Shown here piece by piece: positions 31,747 through 41,678 of a stretch of 64,000 nt of DNA. The stretch covers positions 137,851 through 201,850 of the forward strand of contig JBGAGQ010000004.1 of the NCBI GenBank assembly GCA_044226625.1, read 5' to 3'. The DNA is from Thermoanaerobaculia bacterium. GTDB taxonomy: Bacteria > Acidobacteriota > Thermoanaerobaculia > Multivoradales > UBA5704. The position numbers and the translations under genes were made by a program. The notes under the pieces are model-generated. The model was not told the DNA's origin. It saw only the letters and a list, made by a program, of their open reading frames with translations, and ran no database searches. Positions within the stretch are counted from its first letter, which is position 1. The number at the start of each line of letters is the position of its first letter.

Positions 31747-32291
31747 CCTACCTCCTCTCGGCCAAGACATTTCTCCCCCGCCCACGCGCGGAGGTCTTCG
31801 CCTTCTTCTCCGACGCGGGGAACCTCGAAGCCCTCACCCCGCCGCTCCTCCGTTTCGAGATCCTCACCCCTCGTCCGATCGACCTTCGTCCGGGAGCGCT
31901 GATCGATTACCAGCTGAGGCTCCACGGCGTGCCGATTCGCTGGCGCACCGAGATCTGCGTCTGGGAGCCGCCGCTCCGCTTCGTCGACCAGCAGCTCCGC
32001 GGGCCGTACCGGCTCTGGCACCATGAGCACCGGTTCGAAGAAGCGGACGGTGGGACGATCGCCACGGACCGGGTCCACTACGCCTTCCTGCCGATTCCCG
32101 GAATCCACCGGCTGTTCGTCGAGCCGGACCTCGTGCGGATCTTCAAATACCGCCAGGAACGGATGCGCGAGATCTTCGGCGGCGCCGAACGCGCGACGAT
32201 CGAGATCCGCGCCCTCACGAGGGCCGAAGAGGCCTCGGCCCCTCGGCGTCCCAGCCGCGCTCGCCCGGGCGGCGAAGATCGGGCCGCGTGA
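31743..32291 (+). CDS. SRPBCC-family protein
   Basis: VFAFFSDAGNL..LTPP; F.D.Q.RGPY..W.HEH.F. Confidence 0.88.
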   Translation: MTYLLSAKTFLPRPRAEVFAFFSDAGNLEALTPPLLRFEILTPRPIDLRPGALIDYQLRLHGVPIRWRTEICVWEPPLRFVDQQLRGPYRLWHHEHRFEEADGGTIATDRVHYAFLPIPGIHRLFVEPDLVRIFKYRQERMREIFGGAERATIEIRALTRAEEASAPRRPSRARPGGEDRAA

Positions 32292-33292
32292 CCGCGGCCG
32301 TCTTCGACCCGGCCGCCCTCGACGCGCCCCACCGCGATCCGGACGGAAACTTCTTCAACCCCTGGGGCCGTCTCCCGGTCCGCTTCGTCGACCTCCTCAA
32401 GTGGAAGCTGGGGCGGAACGAGTACCGAGGGCGTCCCGAGCCGCTGGTGCCCAGGGTGGAGAACGACGGCGGTTACCTCTCCCGATCGGGCGAGCCCGAT
32501 TCGCTCACCTGGGTCGGGCATTCGACGTTCGCGATCCACGACGGCGCCGACGTCGTCCTCACCGATCCGCACTGGGGCGCCCGCGCGCTCGTCCCGCCGC
32601 GGCGGAGCCCGCCGGGGATTCCGCTCGAGACGGTCGAGCAGGCGGCATTCGCCGTCCTATCGCACGATCACTACGATCACCTGGACGCCTCCACTGTCCG
32701 CCGGCTGCCGGCTTCACTCCCCTGGTGCGTGCCGCTCGGCCTAAGACGCTGGTTCGAGCGGCGGGGATGTAAGGCCGTGGAGCTGGACTGGTGGCAGAGC
32801 GCCGAGATCGGACGATGGCGCGTCACCGCAGTCCCCGTCCAGCATTGGTCACGGCGAACCTTCACGCCGAACCGGTCGCTCTGGTGCGGCTGGCTGCTCG
32901 ATTCCGGCGTTCGGCGCTACTTCTTCATGGGCGACTCGGGCGCCTTCGGAGGCTGGCCGGAGATCGGCCGGCGCCTCGCCCCGATCGACGTTGCGATGGT
33001 GCCGATCGGTGCGTACGAGCCGCGCTGGTTCATGAGGTACCAGCACATGGATCCAGCCGAGGCCTATCAGGCCTTCCTCGACCTCGGCGCGCGGCACATG
33101 GTGCCGATGCACTGGGGGGTGTTCGACCTGACCGACGAGCCGGTGGGCCTCGCCCCGATCGTCCTCGCCGACCACCTGGCGAAGATCGGCGGCGATCCGA
33201 GGGTGCGGATCCTCGCGATCGGCGAACGGTGGATGCTGCCCGACGGTCCCCCTACGGTACGAACCGGTACCCAACACCGCGAACGCTTTTGA
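32288..33292 (+). CDS. MBL-fold hydrolase (NAPE-PLD/RomA-like)
   Basis: TWVGHST, SHDHYDHLD, QHWS.R, PIGAYEP, PMHWG.F.L. Confidence 0.9.
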   Translation: MTAAVFDPAALDAPHRDPDGNFFNPWGRLPVRFVDLLKWKLGRNEYRGRPEPLVPRVENDGGYLSRSGEPDSLTWVGHSTFAIHDGADVVLTDPHWGARALVPPRRSPPGIPLETVEQAAFAVLSHDHYDHLDASTVRRLPASLPWCVPLGLRRWFERRGCKAVELDWWQSAEIGRWRVTAVPVQHWSRRTFTPNRSLWCGWLLDSGVRRYFFMGDSGAFGGWPEIGRRLAPIDVAMVPIGAYEPRWFMRYQHMDPAEAYQAFLDLGARHMVPMHWGVFDLTDEPVGLAPIVLADHLAKIGGDPRVRILAIGERWMLPDGPPTVRTGTQHRERF

Positions 33293-33998
33293 TGTGACGG
33301 GGATTCGAGGAATCTTCCTCGAAGTGCTGGCGCAGCGCGACGATCACGTTGTCGACCACGCGTTCGTTCGGATGGTGCGGCAGGTGCCAGACCTCGGCGA
33401 GCAGCTCGCGGCGAGTCACCACCTGGTTCGGCCGGGCGAGGAATACCCGCATCACCGAGATCTCCTTTTGCGACAGCTGAACCTTCCCCTCTTGCGTCGC
33501 CGCCTCGAAGCTGTCGAGGTCGATCCAGTAGCGGCCGAACGACTTCCGCCCTTCGCCTTCCACCGCGGTCCCTCCGTTCCCTTTGCGGCGCGCCCATTCC
33601 TGGCGGCGGAGGAGCCCCTCCACCCGGGCGAGCAACTCCGCGAGATCGAACGGTTTGATCACGTAGTCGTCGGCCCCCATCTTCAGCCCGAAGATCACGT
33701 CGTCGGGTTGGCCGCGCGCGGTGAGCATCAGAATCGGCGTGAAGTTCCCCATCGAGCGCAGCCGCTGGCAGACCTCGAATCCGTCGATCCCGGGGAGGCG
33801 AACGTCGAGGACGACCAGATCGAACGGCCGGCGAATCGCCCGGTCGAGCGCCTCGGTGCCGTCCGCCACGACCTCGACCTCGTACCCTTTGCGCTCGAGG
33901 TTGAAAGCGAGCCCGGTCGCGATCGCCTCGTCGTCCTCGACGACCAGGACCCGGGCCGGAGGCGCCGGCGCACCCGATCCGCCGATTCCGATCGTCAT
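33252..33998 (-). CDS. OmpR/PhoB-family response regulator
   Basis: VVEDD, LDVRLP..DG, GADDY..KPF; winged helix ending SVRGVGYRF. Confidence 0.95.
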   Translation of the reverse strand: MTIGIGGSGAPAPPARVLVVEDDEAIATGLAFNLERKGYEVEVVADGTEALDRAIRRPFDLVVLDVRLPGIDGFEVCQRLRSMGNFTPILMLTARGQPDDVIFGLKMGADDYVIKPFDLAELLARVEGLLRRQEWARRKGNGGTAVEGEGRKSFGRYWIDLDSFEAATQEGKVQLSQKEISVMRVFLARPNQVVTRRELLAEVWHLPHHPNERVVDNVIVALRQHFEEDSSNPRHIKSVRGVGYRFVP

Positions 33999-34939
33999 CA
34001 GGAGGCCGGCTCCACGATCGGCAGGTCGACGACCAGACGCGTACCCGGGCGATCCTCCTGCGAATAGGCGCGCACGGCGCCGTGCATCTCGCGGACCAGG
34101 CCGGACACGATCGAAAGCCCTAGCCCCGTGCCGCTCCCCCGGGTTCCTCCCTCGCGGCTCGCCTGATGGAAGCGCTCGAAGATCTTCGGCAGCTCCTTTT
34201 TCGGAATGCCCACCCCGTCGTCCTCGACCTCGATCCGGACTTCCGGGCCCCGTTCGGTCACACGGCAGCGAACTTCGCCGCCCGGCTCGGAGAAGCGGAC
34301 GGCGTTGTCGATCAAGTTGTCCATCACCCGCCGCAGCGCCTCTTCCGAGCCGAGGACCCAAGCATCCGTTTCGACCACGGTCTGAAGTCGGATGCCGCGG
34401 CTCTCTGCGTGGGGGCGCGCCTCGGCGAGGTACGCGGTGAAGAACGTGGCGAGGTCGACCGGTCTGAGCTCGAGACTCGCCTTACCCGAGAGCAGGCGGC
34501 CGCTTTCAAGGACCGCGTCGACCAGGGCGGCCATCCGGTCGGCCTGCTGCCCGATGATCGAGAGGAAGCGCCGCCGCAGCTCGGGCGAGAGATCGGCTTC
34601 GCGCTCGAGCGTCTGGGCGTGGAGCTTGATCGCCGCAAGGGGCGACTTCATCTCGTGAGTGATGTTGGCGACGAACTCGTCCTGCTTCTGCGCGTAGCGC
34701 CGTGCGGCGAGCGCCTGCGCGAGCTGGTAGGTAAAGCCGACGATCAGGAAGAACAGGAGGACGCAGCCGAGGATCAGGAGCGGCCAGTGGATCGAGCGTC
34801 CGGAATGGGCCGGCGCGCTCGGAGACCCGGAGCGGACGGCATAGACCACCCAGAGCACCAGCAGCGTGATCGTCGTGGCGAGCGACAGGACGAACATCGT
34901 CACGAGCTGGGTGGAGCGGCGGGTCGGCACGGAAAGCAT
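33998..34939 (-). CDS. Sensor histidine kinase with two TMs and a very short extracellular loop
   Basis: THEMKSPL H-box; NLIDNA, DDGVG, IFERF, GTGLGL; 313 aa. Confidence 0.94.
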   Translation of the reverse strand: MLSVPTRRSTQLVTMFVLSLATTITLLVLWVVYAVRSGSPSAPAHSGRSIHWPLLILGCVLLFFLIVGFTYQLAQALAARRYAQKQDEFVANITHEMKSPLAAIKLHAQTLEREADLSPELRRRFLSIIGQQADRMAALVDAVLESGRLLSGKASLELRPVDLATFFTAYLAEARPHAESRGIRLQTVVETDAWVLGSEEALRRVMDNLIDNAVRFSEPGGEVRCRVTERGPEVRIEVEDDGVGIPKKELPKIFERFHQASREGGTRGSGTGLGLSIVSGLVREMHGAVRAYSQEDRPGTRLVVDLPIVEPAS

Positions 34940-35049
34940 GCTATCCGACCGGAGCGGCCGGCACGGGAATGGGGGGCCGAAGCCCTACGACCCGTGACGC
35001 GCGGGCCGACGCGTAACCCCATGGCTTACCGCGCAACTTCCGCGCCGTC

Positions 35050-35103
35050 TGACACTTCCGTGACAAAGAGCTGACCTCGGAGGGCGGCCTTCCCTGGCAT
35101 ACT
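35050..35103 (+). promoter_or_regulatory. Three TGAC(A/C) direct repeats at 11-bp period plus -10 element of the desaturase promoter
   Basis: TGACA 35050, TGACA 35061, TGACC 35072; CATACT 35098-35103, 8 nt before the ATG. Confidence 0.65.
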
Positions 35104-35111
35104 CCGCGCCC

Positions 35112-36152
35112 ATGCAGAATCCCGAGACCCTCGTCCCCACCGACGTGCCCACCAACGCCCCGACCAGCGAAGCCGACTGGCGCCGCCTCCTCGCCCCCTA
35201 CAAGAAGGCGAGCTGGGGAAGCGCGCTGTTCCAGCTCGCGAATACGCTGATCCCCTTCCTGCTGCTCTGGACCGCGACGGCGTACGGCGTCTCCCGCTCG
35301 CAGCCGCTCGCCTTCCTGCTGGTGATCCCGACCGCCTTCTTCTTCATCCGCATGTTCATCATCCAGCACGACTGCGGCCATGGGGCCTTCTTCCCGTCGC
35401 GTTTCGCCAACAACCTGGTCGGCGCGGTGCTCGGCGTCTTCACCCTGTTCCCCTACGGCTATTGGCGGCGGACCCACGCGATCCACCACGCGACCAACGG
35501 CAACCTCGACCAGCGCGAGTTCGGCGACATCAAGACCCTGACGGTTCGGGAATACCGCGAGCTCTCCCCGGCGAAGCGCTTCCTCTATCGCGCCTATCGC
35601 CATCCGCTGGTCCTGTTCGGCGTCGGCCCGACCTACCAGTTCGTGCTCAAGCACCGGCTACCGATCGACATCCCCTGGTCGTGGAAGAGGGAGTGGCGGA
35701 GCGTGATCACCACCAACCTCGCGCTCGGCGCTACGCTCTACGGGCTCGCCTCGATCTTCGGCTGGGCCACCGTGGCGTTGGTTTCGTTCCCGGTCATCGT
35801 CCTCGCCGGCGCGATCGGGGTCTGGCTGTTCTACGTCCAGCACCAATTCGAGGGGACCTACTGGCAGCCGACCGAGTCCTGGGACTACTACCGGGCCGCC
35901 GTGGACGGCAGCTTGTTCTACGACCTGCACCCGGTCCTCCATTGGCTCACCGGCAACATCGGGTTCCACCACATCCACCACATGGCGAGCCAGATTCCGA
36001 ACTACCGCCTTGCCGAAGCCTTCCGCGACAACCCGTCGCTCCAGAACGTCACCCGCCTCTCCTTACGGCAAAGCCTGCGTTGCGCGAGCCTGCGGCTCTG
36101 GGACGAGGAGCGTAGGGAGATGGTCCGGTTCCGCGACCTCGCAAGCTGCTGA
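35112..36152 (+). CDS. Membrane fatty acid desaturase (Bacillus Des-like)
   Basis: His boxes HDCGH, HAIHH and HHIHH; WLFYVQHQFE. Confidence 0.95.
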   Translation: MQNPETLVPTDVPTNAPTSEADWRRLLAPYKKASWGSALFQLANTLIPFLLLWTATAYGVSRSQPLAFLLVIPTAFFFIRMFIIQHDCGHGAFFPSRFANNLVGAVLGVFTLFPYGYWRRTHAIHHATNGNLDQREFGDIKTLTVREYRELSPAKRFLYRAYRHPLVLFGVGPTYQFVLKHRLPIDIPWSWKREWRSVITTNLALGATLYGLASIFGWATVALVSFPVIVLAGAIGVWLFYVQHQFEGTYWQPTESWDYYRAAVDGSLFYDLHPVLHWLTGNIGFHHIHHMASQIPNYRLAEAFRDNPSLQNVTRLSLRQSLRCASLRLWDEERREMVRFRDLASC

Positions 36153-36164
36153 GCGGGGATCCCA

Positions 36165-36191
36165 GGGAGGGGGCCGAACCGGCCCCCTCCC
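36165..36191 (+). terminator. Strong hairpin after the desaturase gene
   Basis: GGGAGGGGGCC-GAACC-GGCCCCCTCCC; no clear U-tract. Confidence 0.45.
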
Positions 36192-36361
36192 CGCCTCGAC
36201 GATCCAGACCGGTGCCTCGGCGCTTCCTCCCGGCTCGATTCGAGCGCCGCCAGCCTTGAAGCAGGCTCCCGACGGAGCCCCGCCGTTCCGAAACGCCCCG
36301 GAGGCGCGGCGAAAATACCCTCTACAGCGGCCGGAGAACCCGCGTTAGACTGCCGCGCGCC

Positions 36362-37267
36362 ATGCTTCGGAAGGATCGCGATCCGCGGCAGATGTCGCTG
36401 TTCGACCCCTCGACGCCGAGCCTATCGGGGCGCGGCAAGCCGCCTTCCGAAGGGCCCGCCCGAGATTCCGACCTGGGCGCAGCGATCGCGGCCAGCGATC
36501 ACGCCGCCGCCCGAAAGCTCGAGGACCTCCGGGAGCGGGACCTGTTCCGGCACCTCTCGCGGCTCCTCGACCGCCGCCTGTCGACGCTCAAGCTGACCGA
36601 CAACCAGCGGACGATCCTGTCGTTCCGCCCCGAGGGAGCCGCCCCGGCGCGGTTCCAGATCCGCCTCCATCGGTCGTTCCTTTGGGCGCCGGAAGAGGTG
36701 CTGCGGGCGGTCTCGATCTTCGTCCAGAGCCGAAAGAAAAGCCCTCGCGCCCAAGAGGCGCTGCTCCGCATCCGCGAGCATTTCGACCAGAACCGCGGCG
36801 GTTCCGGGCGCAAGAGGCGGATCGTCCTTCGCCCCGTCGGCGAGGCTTACGATCTCGAAAAGCTCCGCGATCGCCTGGTGGAAGGGCATTTCGCCGCCCA
36901 GAACGCGACCGGCCGGCTCACCGTGCCGATCACCTGGGGACGCCAGAGTCGCTGGCGTAAGCCCACCCGGCGCCGGACGTCGACGATCCAGCTCGGCAGC
37001 TACAACTTCGAAGACCACGTGATCCGGATCCACCCGTTGCTCGACGACGCGGAGGTTCCCCGCTACGTCGTCGAATCAGTGATCTACCACGAGCTCCTCC
37101 ACGCCGCGATGCCCCCGGTCGCCTCGGGCAACCGCCGTTGCGTCCATTCGCCCGAATTCCGCCGCCGCGAGCAGCAGTTCCCCGAACACCGCCGCGCCGA
37201 GCGCTGGATCGCAGAAAAGCTCCCAGAGTTCCTGGTTTCGAAGACGCCCCGCCGGAGCACCCGATAG
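36362..37267 (+). CDS. SprT-like / minigluzincin HExxH metalloprotease
   Basis: ITWG, LGSY, IRIHP.LD, VIYHELLH, H...FR..E; N-terminal QMSLF. Confidence 0.85.
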   Translation: MLRKDRDPRQMSLFDPSTPSLSGRGKPPSEGPARDSDLGAAIAASDHAAARKLEDLRERDLFRHLSRLLDRRLSTLKLTDNQRTILSFRPEGAAPARFQIRLHRSFLWAPEEVLRAVSIFVQSRKKSPRAQEALLRIREHFDQNRGGSGRKRRIVLRPVGEAYDLEKLRDRLVEGHFAAQNATGRLTVPITWGRQSRWRKPTRRRTSTIQLGSYNFEDHVIRIHPLLDDAEVPRYVVESVIYHELLHAAMPPVASGNRRCVHSPEFRRREQQFPEHRRAERWIAEKLPEFLVSKTPRRSTR

Positions 37268-37294
37268 CGAGGGAAGCCGTGTCCTCTTCTCGGA

Positions 37295-38020
37295 TCAGGA
37301 CGCGGTGCGGCGGCGAGCGACCGCCTTCCAACCTCCAAACCCCAAGAGCGCGACGAGGGCGGCCAGGCCCCAGCCATCCAGGGTGGGGATCCGCGCGGGC
37401 GGCGGCACCGTTCCGTTCACCCCGAACGCGGGCGCCGCGAAATCGATGATCGCCATGTTGCCGTTGAGCCCCACGGAAGTCACCCCGAGGCGATAGTCCG
37501 CGGAGAGCGCCCCGGCTGGCGCGGCGGCGACGCTTTCGAGCCGGGTCCAAGGCACGGCATCGGTCGTCAAGTAGGTCGAAGGACCCGCCTCGGCGCCGCT
37601 ACAGTCGATCGAGGAGAACCAACGGACAACCAAATACGGCCGGCCGTTTTGATGGAGAAGGTCGTCGGTCCGCCGAGACCGCACGCTGAACTCATACGCC
37701 GTGCCCGCCGTCACCGGAACACATTGAAAGAGATCGCGCCACGCAGTGCTCACGGTCGCGGGGGCGCTCACGCCGTTTTCGGGCGATCCGGCGCAGCAGT
37801 CGACCGGAACCACGGAAAACGACGCGCAGGTCTGCGCCGTGGTGCAAGTCACCGGCGGCGGAAAGAAGCCGTCGAAAACGGTCCAGCCCGAAAGCCCGGC
37901 GGAAAACTGAAAGTCGGGGTTCGCTAGCAGGTTTTGGGCGGCGAGGGGAATCGCTCCGCCCAGCGCGACCGCCAGAGCCGCTACGGCAACCGCGCGCCGA
38001 ATCACGGGCCCTCTCGACAT
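37295..38020 (-). CDS. Exported protein with IPTL-CTERM sorting signal
   Basis: Signal peptide; NLLANPDF CBM-like start; C-terminal IPTLDGWG + TM + RRR. Confidence 0.85.
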   Translation of the reverse strand: MSRGPVIRRAVAVAALAVALGGAIPLAAQNLLANPDFQFSAGLSGWTVFDGFFPPPVTCTTAQTCASFSVVPVDCCAGSPENGVSAPATVSTAWRDLFQCVPVTAGTAYEFSVRSRRTDDLLHQNGRPYLVVRWFSSIDCSGAEAGPSTYLTTDAVPWTRLESVAAAPAGALSADYRLGVTSVGLNGNMAIIDFAAPAFGVNGTVPPPARIPTLDGWGLAALVALLGFGGWKAVARRRTAS

Positions 38021-38106
38021 GGCTTCTCCTTTCGAAGTGGCTGAGAAGCGGATGCTAGCCGACTTTCAGCCCCTCTTCGAGCCATTCCACCCCTCGCTTC
38101 GCCTTC

Positions 38107-39486
38107 TTAGCCCGTGAACGGCAACGCCGCACCTAGCTTTCTCACGATCCGGTCTCGGATCCAGTGGGGATCCCACCATTCGACCGGGTTCACCGGTAGG
38201 CCATCGAGCAGGTAGGTGAAGTGGAGGTGGTCGCCGCCGGCGAGTCCGGTCATGCCCGAGCGGCCGATCTCTTGGCTCCGCTCGACCATCTGCCCCTCTT
38301 TGGCTGCGATCGAAGAAAGGTGGCCGTAGAGGCTCATCAGGCCGTAGCCGTGGTCGATCACGACCGCGTTGCCGTAGATCCCGAAATAGCGGGCGAGGAC
38401 GACCTTGCCGCGGTTCGAGGCGCGGATCGCGTCGTGCTCGACCGAGGCCATGTCGAAACCGAGGTGGTCCTGCTGGTCGACCGGTTTGTTCTGGTAAACG
38501 TAGGTGCGCCTGTCGGCGAACGCCGCGGTGATCTTGGCGTTCGCCATCGGGAGAAATGGCTCGTTCCAGAGGAATTTGGGCTCGCTCTGCTTGGCCAGCT
38601 CCTTCAAGGTCGCGGCGTTCTTCTTGCGCAGGTTGCGGTTGATCTCCAGGTAGCTCTTGAGCAGATCTCCCTGGTCGCTCACCTCGGGCGACTGCGACAG
38701 GATGGCCGGCACCACGCGACCGAGGAACGCATCGTCGAGCGGGATCGTGTCGGTATGGATCGGCCGTGGCTTGAACTGGTCGACGAAGCTCGCGGTCGAC
38801 TCGTTGCCCATCTCGTCGACCGCCAACACCCGCACCTCCGCCGCCGTGGGATGGTCGTACGGTACCGCGAACAGAGCGAAATGCGTCCCCGCGGGAGCGC
38901 CAGGCAGCGGAAAGCCGGGGAAGAACCAGTCGCCCGCCATGACGCCGTCGCGCTCGCTCTCGCCCACCTGATAGACCACGACCTCACATCCGCCCTGGGA
39001 CGCGTAATGCTGGGTCGAAACGACCGATAAGACGGGAGGCGCGAGCCGAACCGGAAGCTTCACCTCCGCGATCGCCGGGTCCGGCGTGCGGACGATGCTG
39101 CCCGCCCGTTCGGCCGTCGCGCGGACCACGGCCTCACCCGCCCGCAGTCCTTTGACCGTCTCGCGGCCGACCTCGACGGTGAACGACTCGGGCTTGGCCG
39201 CGCGCCAGAACGCCCAACCGGGAATGGGGTCGTATTCCTTCGCGGTCACCTCGATCTTGTCCGCTCCTTGCACGACTTCGACGACTACCCGCCGGAGATG
39301 CGTGACATCGTCGATCTTGACCTCGATCGGAGTGCGCTTGCCGATTCCCTTGAGCTTCGAGATCAGCTCGACCTTGGGAGCGCGCCCTGGCCAAAACGTC
39401 AAGGCGCCGAAGAGCACGAGCGCCACCGCCGAAAGAATCAAGAACCGGCGGAGCCACCGCGCCGCGTTCGACTGTCCATACGCCAT
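38107..39486 (-). CDS. M23-family metallopeptidase
   Basis: N-terminal TM; HLGFD, YGNAV.IDHG, YGHLS, HLHF. Confidence 0.93.
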   Translation of the reverse strand: MAYGQSNAARWLRRFLILSAVALVLFGALTFWPGRAPKVELISKLKGIGKRTPIEVKIDDVTHLRRVVVEVVQGADKIEVTAKEYDPIPGWAFWRAAKPESFTVEVGRETVKGLRAGEAVVRATAERAGSIVRTPDPAIAEVKLPVRLAPPVLSVVSTQHYASQGGCEVVVYQVGESERDGVMAGDWFFPGFPLPGAPAGTHFALFAVPYDHPTAAEVRVLAVDEMGNESTASFVDQFKPRPIHTDTIPLDDAFLGRVVPAILSQSPEVSDQGDLLKSYLEINRNLRKKNAATLKELAKQSEPKFLWNEPFLPMANAKITAAFADRRTYVYQNKPVDQQDHLGFDMASVEHDAIRASNRGKVVLARYFGIYGNAVVIDHGYGLMSLYGHLSSIAAKEGQMVERSQEIGRSGMTGLAGGDHLHFTYLLDGLPVNPVEWWDPHWIRDRIVRKLGAALPFTG

Positions 39487-39552
39487 GGAGTAACTCCTCG
39501 CTCGAAAGTTGCCGAGACCTCGGAGATCCCGGGGAGCGCGAGTTTACCGCGC

Positions 39553-40659
39553 CTACTCGACCGTCTTGCGGAATGCCCGGGCGCTCGCGGCGACCAGGAC
39601 GAATGCGATCGCGAGCAGCGCCGCCACGTGCTCCCAGAGGTCGGAGAACGTGGCACCGCGGATGATGATGCCGCGCGAGATGGCAATGAAGTGCGTGGCG
39701 GGAAGGATCTGCGAGACGTAGCGCAGGACGATCGGCAGCGACGAGAGCGGGAAGATGTAGCCCGAGAGCATGATCGACGGCAGCAGCAGCATCTGGGCGA
39801 GCTGGACCGCCTCCATCTGCGTCTTGGCGCGGGACGAGACCAGCAGGCCGAGCGAGAGGAGCGCGAGCAGGTAGATCGAGGCGAGGCCGAGCAACAGGAT
39901 GAGACTGCCGTGGATCGGCACGCCGAAGACGGTCGTCATCAGGATCAGGATCAGGAGCAGCTGGAGAAAAGCGAGCGCGAGGTACGGCAACAGCTTGCCG
40001 AGCACCACGGCGACGGGGGTGGCGGGGGTCACCATCAGCTGCTCGAGCGTGCCGCGCTCCCGCTCGCGGACGATCGCGAACGCCGAGAGCAACGTACCCG
40101 AAAAAGTCAGAAGAATCGCCACGAGGCCGGGGATCAGAAGGTTCGCGCTCCGCGAGTCGGGGTTGAACAGGAGCGTCGGCCGCACCTCGACCGGCAGATC
40201 GGTCACCTTCACCTTTTTGCGGATCTCCTCGATCGAGCGCGAGAGCGCGACGCCGTTGGCCGCGCCGAGCGCCTGGGAGGAGATGCTCGAATCGGACCCG
40301 TCGATCAGCACCAGGACGACCGCCGACTTGCCCGCGAGGCGTCGCCGGGCATAGTCGGGAGGGATCTCGACGCCCACCTGAGCGTGCGCCGCGACGATCT
40401 CCCGCCGCAGATCGGCGCGCGAGCCGACGAACCGGGTGACGAGGAAGTAGCTCGTGTTGGTGAACTCGTCGAGCAACGCGCGGCTTTCCGAAGTGCGGCT
40501 CTGGTCGAAGACGACCGTGGGGACGCGACGGACGTTGGTGTCGATCAAACCGAACAGGACGAGCTGGAAGACCGGCACCATGATCGCGAAGCGGAGCGTG
40601 CCCACATCGCGCACCATCTGCAGGAACTCCTTTTTGAGGATCGCCCCGAACCCCCTCAC
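39553..40659 (-). CDS. ABC-2 transporter permease (YbhS/R-like)
   Basis: KEFLQ..RD; [13 protein letters not shown]; LSGYIFP. Confidence 0.93.
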   Translation of the reverse strand: MRGFGAILKKEFLQMVRDVGTLRFAIMVPVFQLVLFGLIDTNVRRVPTVVFDQSRTSESRALLDEFTNTSYFLVTRFVGSRADLRREIVAAHAQVGVEIPPDYARRRLAGKSAVVLVLIDGSDSSISSQALGAANGVALSRSIEEIRKKVKVTDLPVEVRPTLLFNPDSRSANLLIPGLVAILLTFSGTLLSAFAIVRERERGTLEQLMVTPATPVAVVLGKLLPYLALAFLQLLLILILMTTVFGVPIHGSLILLLGLASIYLLALLSLGLLVSSRAKTQMEAVQLAQMLLLPSIMLSGYIFPLSSLPIVLRYVSQILPATHFIAISRGIIIRGATFSDLWEHVAALLAIAFVLVAASARAFRKTVE

Positions 40660-41678
40660 GACGCCTTCCTCCCCGAGCCCGCGCGCTGCTTGCCGGAGGC
40701 GGCCGACGCCCCTTCCTTGTCGGCCGCTTGCAGGGCGGTCAGGCGGACGAAGACGTCCTCGAGCGAGGCGGCGATCGGGCGGACGTGGACGCCGGCCCCG
40801 GCACGCTCGGAGAGATCGGCCGCAATCTCCTGATCGCTCAACTCGTTCTTCACCAGCAGGTGTAGCGCGTTACCGAAGATCGTCACCTCCTCGACGTACG
40901 GCCGTTCGCGAGCGAGCCCCATCACCGCCGCCGCGCCGTGTGCGCATTCGACCTCGACCCGGCGCGTCCCCTCCGGCGTGACCTCGGGCAGGTCGACCAG
41001 TTCGTCGGGTTTTCCTTCCACCAGCATGTGCGAGAGGTAGAGGTAGCCGACCGTACCGCAGCGCTCGGCCTCGTCCATGTAATGGGTGGTCACGAGCAGC
41101 GTGACGCCGGAGCCCGCGAGGTCGAACAGCAGGTTCCAGAGTTCGCGCCGGGCGACCGGATCGATGCCCGCCGTGGGCTCGTCGAGAAACAGGACCCGGG
41201 GCCCATGCATGACCGCGGCGGCGAGGGAGAGCCGCTGCTTCCAGCCGCCCGAAAGATTGCCAGCGAGGCGGGTGAGGTATGGTCCGATGCCGGTGAGCTC
41301 GACCGCCCAATCGCGACGTTCGCGCTTCTTCGCTCCTTCGAGGCCGTAGACCGAGCCGAAGAACTCGAGGTTTTCCGCCACCGACAGATCGGTGTAGAGA
41401 GAAAACTTTTGCGGCACGTAGCCGATCCGACGCCGCACCTCCTCGCCGTGCCGGACGACGTCGAGGCCGTCGATCGCGGCCTTGCCCTGGGACGGGGCAA
41501 GCAGGCCACAGAGAATGCGGATCAGCGTCGACTTGCCCGAACCGTTCGGACCGAGCAGTCCGTAGATCTCCCCCCGCCGCACCCGCAGCGAGACGTCGTC
41601 GAGCGCGCGGACGGGACCGAAATCGCGGGTGACGTGGTCGGCCTCGATGCCAAACTCCGAGGCGGCCTCCGGACTCAT
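40656..41678 (-). CDS. ABC transporter ATP-binding protein
   Basis: [22 protein letters not shown]. Confidence 0.95.
   Translation of the reverse strand: MSPEAASEFGIEADHVTRDFGPVRALDDVSLRVRRGEIYGLLGPNGSGKSTLIRILCGLLAPSQGKAAIDGLDVVRHGEEVRRRIGYVPQKFSLYTDLSVAENLEFFGSVYGLEGAKKRERRDWAVELTGIGPYLTRLAGNLSGGWKQRLSLAAAVMHGPRVLFLDEPTAGIDPVARRELWNLLFDLAGSGVTLLVTTHYMDEAERCGTVGYLYLSHMLVEGKPDELVDLPEVTPEGTRRVEVECAHGAAAVMGLARERPYVEEVTIFGNALHLLVKNELSDQEIAADLSERAGAGVHVRPIAASLEDVFVRLTALQAADKEGASAASGKQRAGSGRKAS

Noticed and set aside
29178-36152. Complete NRPS or lipopeptide BGC including the desaturase
   Set aside because: No synthetase or carrier protein is present, and the desaturase is a Des-like membrane lipid enzyme with its own regulatory context.
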